Source: a virus
Length of the DNA: 38,101 bases
Virus record (IMG/VR): IMGVR_UViG_3300040801_000957
Span: 1-38,101 of that record
Strand: one strand, 5' to 3'
A program made the position numbers and the translations under genes. Below are positions 23,121 to 29,431 of the stretch, in pieces. The notes under the pieces are model-generated. The model worked only from the letters and a program-made list of their open reading frames with translations, did no database searches and had not been told where the DNA came from. Numbering within the stretch: the stretch's first letter is position 1; the number at the start of each line of letters is the position of its first letter.

Positions 23121-24083
23121 TTACTCGAAAGTTGCACCATCAGAAAAATGATAGTTTGAGTGATCGCCGCCTGGCGTTCCACCATCCACGCTGTCTGTTG
23201 GTGGTGGTGTGCTTGATTTCCTGGGCTTTAGTCGTTTGGCCTTTGATGAAAGCTTGATCACCTCACGCGCCAGGTCGCCCTGGTCCTGTATGCCGTTTAG
23301 CCGCTCAATTTCCTGCGGGTTTTGAGACAGATACTTAGTGATCAGCGGGCCGTTCTCCTCTTTCAGGATTTCCATTGTCACCTGGTTGTAGATACCAAAG
23401 TCAGCGCACGTTTTTCCGTACTGCTGAAGCTCCTCTGGCTTAATGCCAATTTCTTTGGACCGCTCTGCGTAGGTTTCAATCTGCTTGTTAACAGACTCTA
23501 TGGTTTTTTCTTGCAGTCTCCTTTGCTCTTCCTGCCGTTTTTCTACAACATTCTGGTTATGGATTTCGGCTTTTGCGTTGTATGCAATTATTTGCTCGCG
23601 CTGCTTTATTGCCTGGTCATACTCGCCACTAGACATTGAGTAATAGTCAGGCACCTCTGGCACCTCGTAAATAGGCGCAGTGCCGTCCGGCATCAAACCG
23701 TCTGGACCAGGCTGAACTGCTCCGCCAGGCTGCTCTGATTTCTCCAACCTCTCGCGCAATGCGTCAGCCTCGCGTTGAGCATCGTACTTTTCTTTGGTTA
23801 TTTTGTTAATGCGCTTCTGGATTGCCGCCTGTCGCTGCTCCTCAAGCTGCTCCGGGGTTAGTTCAGGTTCATCCTCCTCCTGCCTCGCCTGATCGCCGCC
23901 CTCCGGCTGTCCAGTGTCACTTGCCTCACTATCATCTGATCCCTCGGCACCTGGCTTACCCACATCGTCTTGTGACTCTTCAGCACCGTCATCAAACGTG
24001 GCACCTTCGGGGCCGCCCGATAAATCATTGCCATCGCCGTCCGCCTCGTTAAAAAATAATTGCTTTAATGTCATGGTTTTCAC
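23121..24083 (-). CDS. Scaffolding protein
   Basis: 320 aa and immediately upstream of coat. Very acidic, disordered N-terminus, then long charged helical sequence (EQLEEQRQAAIQKRINKITKEKYDAQREADALRERLEK). Confidence 0.7.
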   Translation of the reverse strand: MKTMTLKQLFFNEADGDGNDLSGGPEGATFDDGAEESQDDVGKPGAEGSDDSEASDTGQPEGGDQARQEEDEPELTPEQLEEQRQAAIQKRINKITKEKYDAQREADALRERLEKSEQPGGAVQPGPDGLMPDGTAPIYEVPEVPDYYSMSSGEYDQAIKQREQIIAYNAKAEIHNQNVVEKRQEEQRRLQEKTIESVNKQIETYAERSKEIGIKPEELQQYGKTCADFGIYNQVTMEILKEENGPLITKYLSQNPQEIERLNGIQDQGDLAREVIKLSSKAKRLKPRKSSTPPPTDSVDGGTPGGDHSNYHFSDGATFE

Positions 24084-24538
24084 TCCGATTTTATTACTTT
24101 GTCATAAATTGGCTCCCATATTTCTTTTGCGTTTACATACCATGTGCGCCATGGCCTTGGGTCCGTATGTACAAAAGTCATATAAAATCCAAATGTGGTG
24201 AACCCTGCATCAAACAGGGCTTGCAATAGTGTTTCCCTGTCGTGATTGTGGGTTGAAATGTCAAACGCGATTTTTCTGTGTTCCGAAAATTTGGCGCCGT
24301 GAACTGCTTTATTGTGGCCCTCACACCGATGGGCTGACGATATGATAAACGGCTTACCTGCCGCTGTACGCGCAGCCTGAAGCATATCTAAAGCATCAGG
24401 GTCGTGCCAGTATTCGCCGTCACAATGCTTGCCGTTGCACTTGCAGGCCAGTTCCTCTGGCTTAAAATTAGGCCATTTCCAATACTCCCTGAAAGACAGT
24501 GATTCTCGGAAGTCACTTACTGTTTTGTATAACGCCAT
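24080..24538 (-). CDS. Endolysin, peptidase M15 (D-Ala-D-Ala carboxypeptidase-like) family
   Basis: SSAHRCEGHNKAVHGAKFSEHRKIAFDIS...FVHTD fits the M15 H/D/H zinc motif (SGYRxxxxNxxVGGxxxSxHxxGxAxD...H.D). The track frame opens with TTG at 24553, and the first ATG is 24538. Confidence 0.8.
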   Translation of the reverse strand: MALYKTVSDFRESLSFREYWKWPNFKPEELACKCNGKHCDGEYWHDPDALDMLQAARTAAGKPFIISSAHRCEGHNKAVHGAKFSEHRKIAFDISTHNHDRETLLQALFDAGFTTFGFYMTFVHTDPRPWRTWYVNAKEIWEPIYDKVIKSE

Positions 24539-24980
24539 CGTTTTTCTGCCCAAATCTAGCTAAAGCCCCCTCTGCCATTTTACCCATGTACGGGGCAGCA
24601 AAGTAAAAGCCCAGGATCAGCATTACCGCTGATGTTATGTCCTCAGCCGCTGTCTTGATTATTGTCGCGCTCTGCTGAATCAAAGTCGCCTGTTCCGGTG
24701 TGGACCAGATGGCAGCTACGTTCAGCACGACACTTATTAAGAACATCAATAGCCAAGCAAAAGTGATACATAAGGCAAGCAGTCTGCGGGCGATGTTCTG
24801 CCCCTGGCTGTTTCGCATCCACTCCATCATCACTGCTTGACCTTCCCTGCGGGCTTGCATCTTGTCCGCCGCTTTCTCTTCTTCCGTATACCATATCTTA
24901 TCAATCCCATTCGACACATTATCGATTAGGGTCTCGGTTGCTTTGTCGCTACCGAACAGCCGCCCAAAGAATTTCCACAT
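24513..24980 (-). CDS. Holin (3-TM, GTA-release-holin-like family)
   Basis: The N-terminus WKFFGRLFGSDKATETLIDNVSNGIDKIWYTEEEKAADK followed by hydrophobic segments matches my memory of the family named 'Holin of 3TMs, for gene-transfer release'. SD GGAGGTG precedes ATG 24980. It sits directly upstream of the endolysin. Confidence 0.55.
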   Translation of the reverse strand: MWKFFGRLFGSDKATETLIDNVSNGIDKIWYTEEEKAADKMQARREGQAVMMEWMRNSQGQNIARRLLALCITFAWLLMFLISVVLNVAAIWSTPEQATLIQQSATIIKTAAEDITSAVMLILGFYFAAPYMGKMAEGALARFGQKNDGVIQNSK

Positions 24981-25267
24981 TATTCGCACCTCCACTCATA
25001 ATAACCCAGTGGCTCGTAATACCATCTTGACGCATTAGCAGGATATATTACAAAATCAACAAAGTAATTGTTACCCTTAATAATACAATACACAGAATAG
25101 GGCGTATTGTTGTGAATGCGCACCAATGACTGTCCGCCCTGTGGCGGGTAATACTGCTCTAGCCATATCGGCTGATTGTTTGCGCTAACAGTCGTTAGAA
25201 AGGCCAAGCATGCAATCACGCATAGCCAGTAGTTTCTCTTCTGCTTTAACCAGTGTTTCATACTCAT
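24980..25267 (-). CDS. Exported protein (95 aa): o-spanin candidate or periplasmic protein
   Basis: Starts in another frame inside 25185..25493 (83-nt overlap). The signal-like N-terminus KQKRNYWLCVIACLAFLTTVSA-NN has a possible lipobox VIAC and a possible SPase I site VSA. Confidence 0.4.
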   Translation of the reverse strand: MSMKHWLKQKRNYWLCVIACLAFLTTVSANNQPIWLEQYYPPQGGQSLVRIHNNTPYSVYCIIKGNNYFVDFVIYPANASRWYYEPLGYYEWRCE

Positions 25268-25493
25268 GCCTATCTTTGTCGTTCAAAGTATCCAAGCCCT
25301 GCCTTTGGTAGTATCTCAAGTCAGATGCGACCTGGCCCAGGCGGATTTCGTTAATGCCCATCTGGTATTCTGTTTTAGAAACCACCAATTCGGACCACCA
25401 CACGTTCAGGTAAACCATGCAGCCAACAATAGCAACAACCACTTCAATGGTGGACCTAAACTCTTTTGCTGTTTTCATTACTTCCATAATCAT
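25185..25493 (-). CDS. i-spanin candidate (102 aa, N-terminal TM plus coiled coil)
   Basis: TM-like VVVAIVGCMVYLNVWW followed by a charged helical region. An exported-protein gene overlaps out of frame. It is adjacent to the holin and endolysin. Confidence 0.45.
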   Translation of the reverse strand: MIMEVMKTAKEFRSTIEVVVAIVGCMVYLNVWWSELVVSKTEYQMGINEIRLGQVASDLRYYQRQGLDTLNDKDRHEYETLVKAEEKLLAMRDCMLGLSNDC

Positions 25494-25687
25494 TCCTGGT
25501 CATGGTCATGTAGGACCATAATAATTGTTAACAATTCCTGGTCGCTGATCCGCATACGGCGCATGGTTTCCATCTGCATTCCGCCGCCCACGGTTATCGT
25601 CTGCTCAACCTCTGCCGCCCTTCCGCCCAGGACCACGTAACCAAGGACCCCAATAATCGGCATTAGCATTTTAATCTGAGCCAGCAT
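25490..25687 (-). CDS. Small protein B (65 aa from ATG 25687, or 59 aa from ATG 25669), paralog of 25891..26088
   Basis: The hydrophobic N-terminus and the C-terminus SDQELLTIIMVLHDHDQE are shared with protein A. The track ORF extends to 25792. Confidence 0.6.
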   Translation of the reverse strand: MLAQIKMLMPIIGVLGYVVLGGRAAEVEQTITVGGGMQMETMRRMRISDQELLTIIMVLHDHDQE

Positions 25688-25904
25688 CGTTGTGTTTCCT
25701 CTTTGAGTGATCGGAGTAGGTTTCGCCGCCAATGAAGGCGCCAATGATTGCAACCAGTGAAGGCACAATGACCATGACTGCGGCCTGTTCATTCTGCCCT
25801 ATATCTCCAGGCACAATGATCCAGGTCAAGACAATGCTAATTAAAATCATCGTCCAATACGCAATGCGTCGTCTTGTTTGTCGTGTCGGTCTATTGCCAG
25901 TCAT
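25671..25904 (-). CDS. Two-TM small membrane protein (77 aa), class-II-holin-like topology
   Basis: Arg-rich N-terminus (RPTRQTRRR), two hydrophobic spans (WTMILISIVLTWIIV and VMVIVPSLVAIIGAFIG) and a charged C-terminus. Confidence 0.6.
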   Translation of the reverse strand: MTGNRPTRQTRRRIAYWTMILISIVLTWIIVPGDIGQNEQAAVMVIVPSLVAIIGAFIGGETYSDHSKRKHNDAGSD

Positions 25905-26088
25905 TTTCGTGTAACACCATTACAATGGTCAGTATATCTTGCTCTTGCTTGCTTAACTTATCGCGAGTTTCAGGACCATACCAGATTTGTTGCACTCTAT
26001 CTTCTTTGGCCGCAACCACCCAACCCAGGGTAAATAGTTCTACGCCTGAATTATTGGCCCACCCTGAATTTATAAATCCTGCGCTCAT
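25891..26088 (-). CDS. Small protein A (65 aa), paralog of 25490..25687
   Basis: The C-terminus KQEQDILTIVMVLHENDWQ parallels B. It is coupled to the upstream LamG-like gene and the downstream TM gene. Confidence 0.6.
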   Translation of the reverse strand: MSAGFINSGWANNSGVELFTLGWVVAAKEDRVQQIWYGPETRDKLSKQEQDILTIVMVLHENDWQ

Positions 26089-27983
26089 GACTCTTCAATT
26101 GTAAATGTTCCATCGCCATTGTCGGTCCGCGTTAACGTGAAGTCGACATTGGTGATTTCTGTGCCGTTATCTGTGTACGTGTTCTTCTTGGTTTCATGAA
26201 TATCAAGCCGCTGTACGATTCTCTCTGGCCGCGCATGATTCCAGATGGCGTCAAGTTGCGCTGTGGTTAAGTTACCTATCAAAATCTTGCCTCCCCTGGT
26301 GTTTGTGCCGTCAGTCATTGAGTAAATATATTCTTTGTACTCAGTTGGCTGTGTGGCTAACTTCGTGGTGTCCCAGATATACATGCCAGGATTGTTTACA
26401 CTTTCGTTACATATGTTGCTGTCCAATGCGATTACTTGATCTGTAATAGGGTCAGTCAACAAGATAGTCACGGTCTGTCCGACGCCGAAATATTCAGCGC
26501 AATTGTAAACGTCACCATAAATCTCGCCCGCAAAGCCTGATCCGACCATGGTCGCCGCTTGTGCTGTTAGCGCACCACTTCCTGATAGTCCGCGCACCCC
26601 TGATCCGGCAATCGCCGCTGACTGAGATTCTAACGCCCCGGTGCCGGTGATTTCTCTTTCGCCGACTGAATTGATAACTGCGGCCTGAGACTGTAGTGAT
26701 CCTGTTCCGGTGACCTCCCTGGTGCCTACGCCCGCCATGCTGGCTGACTGAGATGTTAAGGCGCCTGTTCCTGTTGTGGTTTCACCTACTGTGCCTGTGC
26801 CATCGATGTCGGCCGCCTGAGACGTTAACGCGCCTGAGCCAGTGATTTCTCTCTCGCCTGTGCCGGCGATTTCAGCCGCTTGAGATGTTAGGGCGCCTGT
26901 GCCTGTGACAGTTCCACTAACTGAGCCAGATCCAGAAACTTCGGCCGCCTGAGATGATAGCGCACCAGAGCCAGTTATTGTTGTACCACCACCCCCAGAA
27001 GCAGCCCACGTGCCTACCGTACCCCATGCTGTTGAAGCGTTTTGGTTTGCGTATTCTGTGGCTATCCAGTTTGCTGATCTATCTGTTTCCTCAAACGACA
27101 ATTCGTCAATTTGATCAATGTCTAAATAAGTTGTGAACTCATGAAATATTTTAATCCGACCTGTAAAGCCGGTGATAGCTGTTGACGTGCCTGTGCCAAT
27201 AGAGGCGCCATCTCTAAATATTTCAATCCCTGTCGAGCCATCATAAACAAAGTCGTATTTGCTTAGCCCTTGCCCTGCAACATCAGAAGCCCAAATATTA
27301 AATATTTGGTTTGAACCGCTTGTCTCAAAATTAACATGGTCGCTACCACCATCTTTGATAATAGACCAGTCATAACCATCCAAGTTGTTCTGTCTAATCA
27401 AACAAGCGTAGCTAGGTTGTGTCGCGTCAAGACTTCCCCAGAAACTAAAACGATAACCGCCAGTAAAATCATAGGTTCTTGATGTCTTAGTTAGCCCGCC
27501 TGACCCTGCACCTGTGACAGCATCGCCAATTTTGCCGGTTGCGCCATAAGTTAAAGACCCTGCAACTGCTAAATCTTCATTACCCGATGAATCAAGAAGA
27601 CTCCCACTTGTATCATTGCAGTGACAATGGAATATAGTATCTGACCAAACAGCATTGCGACCATAAGTTGCGGTCACAGCAGGTTGCGCTGTCTCCGTAT
27701 CGTCTGCTTCGAAATAGATTGTGTTACTTGTGGCGGCTGTAGGTACTTTGACCCATACTTCAACCTCTGGTGTGCCTCCGGTAACGAAAGTGACAACATC
27801 TAAAGGCAACTGGGTGGTTTTTGCATCAGATGTATAGGCACGAAGATTCCCACCACCATTGTCGATAGAATTCGCACCACCATCAACCGCACCTGACGGA
27901 AAGTCAGCCGTTTTCAGGACTACCCGAAAGTCAGTATGACTCCCAGTAATCGTGGGTAGGGTATAGGTAAACCCGTAGGCCAT
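26085..27983 (-). CDS. DUF2341/LamG (concanavalin-A-like lectin) domain protein with 7 tandem repeats; putative fiber/host-recognition protein (632 aa)
   Basis: The N-terminus ...TDFRVVLKTADFP...EVEVWVKVPTAATSNTIYF fits the DUF2341 pattern. HCNDTSGSLLDSSGNEDLAVAGSLTYGATGKIGDAV fits the LamG_3 pattern (from memory). Repeats TG(T/S)GAL(T/S)SQAAxIxGxGxxE(I/V) follow. Confidence 0.65.
   Translation of the reverse strand: MAYGFTYTLPTITGSHTDFRVVLKTADFPSGAVDGGANSIDNGGGNLRAYTSDAKTTQLPLDVVTFVTGGTPEVEVWVKVPTAATSNTIYFEADDTETAQPAVTATYGRNAVWSDTIFHCHCNDTSGSLLDSSGNEDLAVAGSLTYGATGKIGDAVTGAGSGGLTKTSRTYDFTGGYRFSFWGSLDATQPSYACLIRQNNLDGYDWSIIKDGGSDHVNFETSGSNQIFNIWASDVAGQGLSKYDFVYDGSTGIEIFRDGASIGTGTSTAITGFTGRIKIFHEFTTYLDIDQIDELSFEETDRSANWIATEYANQNASTAWGTVGTWAASGGGGTTITGSGALSSQAAEVSGSGSVSGTVTGTGALTSQAAEIAGTGEREITGSGALTSQAADIDGTGTVGETTTGTGALTSQSASMAGVGTREVTGTGSLQSQAAVINSVGEREITGTGALESQSAAIAGSGVRGLSGSGALTAQAATMVGSGFAGEIYGDVYNCAEYFGVGQTVTILLTDPITDQVIALDSNICNESVNNPGMYIWDTTKLATQPTEYKEYIYSMTDGTNTRGGKILIGNLTTAQLDAIWNHARPERIVQRLDIHETKKNTYTDNGTEITNVDFTLTRTDNGDGTFTIEES
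26523..26975 (-). repeat. Seven tandem coding repeats of about 63-69 bp (21-23 aa) within 26085..27983
   Basis: Protein residues 337-487: TGSGALSSQAAEVSGSG... / TGTGALTSQAAEIAGTGEREI / TGSGALTSQAADIDGTG... / TGTGALTSQSASMAGVGTREV / TGTGSLQSQAAVINSVGEREI / TGTGALESQSAAIAGSGVRGL / SGSGALTAQAATMVGSGFAGE. Confidence 0.85.
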
Positions 27984-27994
27984 GAGTTATGACC

Positions 27995-28216
27995 TTAAGG
28001 GATTGCTACAGCGGCAGTCAGTCTCGCAACTAAATCATCACGCATAGCCAGAACAGCAGGTCGGTCTGCAACCACGACATCACCATGAAGAACAACCGCT
28101 TCAGCCATCCAAGCAATTGTTTGCGATTCAATTTGCGCAATTCTGCGTTCCAAGTCCTCTTTACGTGCAAGATTGTCTCGCGCTTTTTGTGCTTCTGCTA
28201 ATGTTAAATCAGCCAT
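27995..28216 (-). CDS. Hypothetical helical protein (73 aa)
   Basis: ORF with an SD (AGGAGAT) upstream, between two structural-looking genes. Confidence 0.6.
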   Translation of the reverse strand: MADLTLAEAQKARDNLARKEDLERRIAQIESQTIAWMAEAVVLHGDVVVADRPAVLAMRDDLVARLTAAVAIP

Positions 28217-28240
28217 AATTAATCTCCTGTTTTATCGCCT

Positions 28241-28609
28241 TTAGACTGGTGCAGTATAAGTTAGCGAGGATACTGACACTGTGTCGCCTGCTCCGATAAC
28301 CACAGATGAAAGGTTAATATCTTCGCCTGTTGTACCTACCGAGCATGCCAGCACTGTGGCCGCCGCATCATCCTCAATGGTTGCATTGGTGGTTGTGCCG
28401 CCTGTTGCGCTGGAGTCGTCAGTGATTGAGCTAAACGTTAATACAGCCCCACTTACTACGCCTGCCGGGTTAGATAGCGCCAATGTGGCGACCTCTACCG
28501 CACCTGCTGTTCTAAACACCAGGTTGCCGGCGCCTGCGCCTGCGTCTATCTCTGCCAGGACAGCATCAGCAATAGCGTTGCGTGTCGCGGCTCCGTGTGT
28601 TACTGCCAT
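28241..28609 (-). CDS. A/G/T/V-rich small protein (122 aa), possible virion/fiber-associated
   Basis: MAVTHGAATRNAIADAVLAEIDAGAGAGNLVF... resembles a recurrent small phage protein family of unknown function (from memory). Confidence 0.55.
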   Translation of the reverse strand: MAVTHGAATRNAIADAVLAEIDAGAGAGNLVFRTAGAVEVATLALSNPAGVVSGAVLTFSSITDDSSATGGTTTNATIEDDAAATVLACSVGTTGEDINLSSVVIGAGDTVSVSSLTYTAPV

Positions 28610-28611
28610 GG

Positions 28612-28767
28612 TTATTTACCTCTCTGCTTATGAATGTAGGCCCAGTCGGCCTTGGTTAAATCTTTGTGGTACGCTTCTGGAATATTGTCCCAGTCGTCGA
28701 ATTTCACATTGCCTTCGCTGTCTCGAACAAGAAGCCAGCCAGACACTTTTCCTTTCTGTGTTTTCAT
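28612..28767 (-). CDS. Small protein (51 aa, MKTQKGKVSGWLLVRDSEGNVKFDDWDNIPEAYHKDLTKADWAYIHKQRGK)
   Basis: Hand-translated and not in the track. SD GAGGTGAGGTG upstream. The stop lies 2 nt before ATG 28609. Confidence 0.5.
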   Translation of the reverse strand: MKTQKGKVSGWLLVRDSEGNVKFDDWDNIPEAYHKDLTKADWAYIHKQRGK

Positions 28768-28769
28768 AA

Positions 28770-28904
28770 TTATTTACACCTCACCTCGTAGTCTTCGTCA
28801 GGCTCCCAATAGGGCCCGCTTTCGCCATAGGGCTCAATTGAAAATGGTCTGTAGTAATCACCTTCAGGCTCGATTATTATGCATGATATGCGTCGACCAA
28901 CCAA
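28770..28904 (-). CDS. ATG-less protein-like reading frame (open 28770..29033; 44 aa if TTG 28904 is used)
   Basis: ...GLYQEISGNPGDSTLVVINLVGRRISCIIIEPEGDYYRPFSIEPYGESGPYWEPDEDYEVRCK ends 2 nt before the next ATG. There is no in-frame ATG or GTG. Confidence 0.3.
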   Translation of the reverse strand: MVGRRISCIIIEPEGDYYRPFSIEPYGESGPYWEPDEDYEVRCK

Positions 28905-28972
28905 GTTAATAACAACAAGTGTTGAGTCGCCAGGATTGCCTGAAATTTCTTGATATAGTCCATCGCTGTCAT
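28877..28972 (-). CDS. Alternative tiny ORF (31 aa, MTAMDYIKKFQAILATQHLLLLTWLVDAYHA)
   Basis: The ATG lies 3 nt after the upstream stop, in the same frame as the upstream gene. It competes with the ATG-less frame over the same DNA. Confidence 0.25.
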   Translation of the reverse strand: MTAMDYIKKFQAILATQHLLLLTWLVDAYHA

Positions 28973-28975
28973 AAC

Positions 28976-29335
28976 TTACTCCATAGGTTCTGCCACAATG
29001 GCTGTCAACTGGTTTCTGCCATCGTATTCTATCTTATACCTGACTTTGGTTTTCTTTTGTACCAACTCTGGATTGACTTGCACATTAGGCACCGGGACCT
29101 GGTTAGTTACTTCAACCTTGGCCGGCTCAACAGATACCTTTGGCGTTGCCACCTCAATGGTATTGTCGACTTTGATTTCCCGCTCCAGGGCTTTAACTAG
29201 TTGCTGGTTTAACTCTGCCAACTTTTCTAATATCAATTGTTCTGCGCCTGGGTCCTGCTGAAATACAGGGTTGTCCCGACGCTTTACCTCGTCCAGGGTT
29301 TTATTGGCTGATTTTAATAAATCCTGAATGTCCAT
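28976..29335 (-). CDS. Hypothetical protein (119 aa)
   Basis: First ORF after the 96-bp gap, with SD AAAGG upstream. The N-terminal half is helical and the C-terminal half is V/P/K-rich. Confidence 0.65.
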   Translation of the reverse strand: MDIQDLLKSANKTLDEVKRRDNPVFQQDPGAEQLILEKLAELNQQLVKALEREIKVDNTIEVATPKVSVEPAKVEVTNQVPVPNVQVNPELVQKKTKVRYKIEYDGRNQLTAIVAEPME

Positions 29336-29358
29336 AAATTACCTTTTGCTTCAAAATG

Positions 29359-29390
29359 TGATACAATATTGTCGTAATTGTTGTAATTGT
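29359..29390. promoter_or_regulatory. Palindrome ACAATATTGT plus three ATTGT motifs at 9-bp spacing, and a plus-strand TGaTACAAT element
   Basis: The sequence tgatacaatattgtcgtaattgttgtaattgt lies in one of the rare non-coding gaps of the late operon. Confidence 0.35.
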
Positions 29391-29431
29391 GAGTTTCATT
29401 ATGTCACACTCTATCATTGATATTCGAGCAG

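Noticed and set aside
26523-26975. Possible CRISPR array or DGR variable region, because of regular ~66-bp repeats
   Set aside because: The repeats are contiguous with no unique spacers. They are in frame within a long ORF and have diverged throughout. No cas genes, reverse transcriptase or template repeat are present anywhere in the genome.
28976-29040. Programmed -1 ribosomal frameshift site at the end of the 119-aa gene
   Set aside because: No canonical X-XXY-YYZ heptamer and no obvious downstream pseudoknot. It is reported only as one of several explanations for the ATG-less frame.
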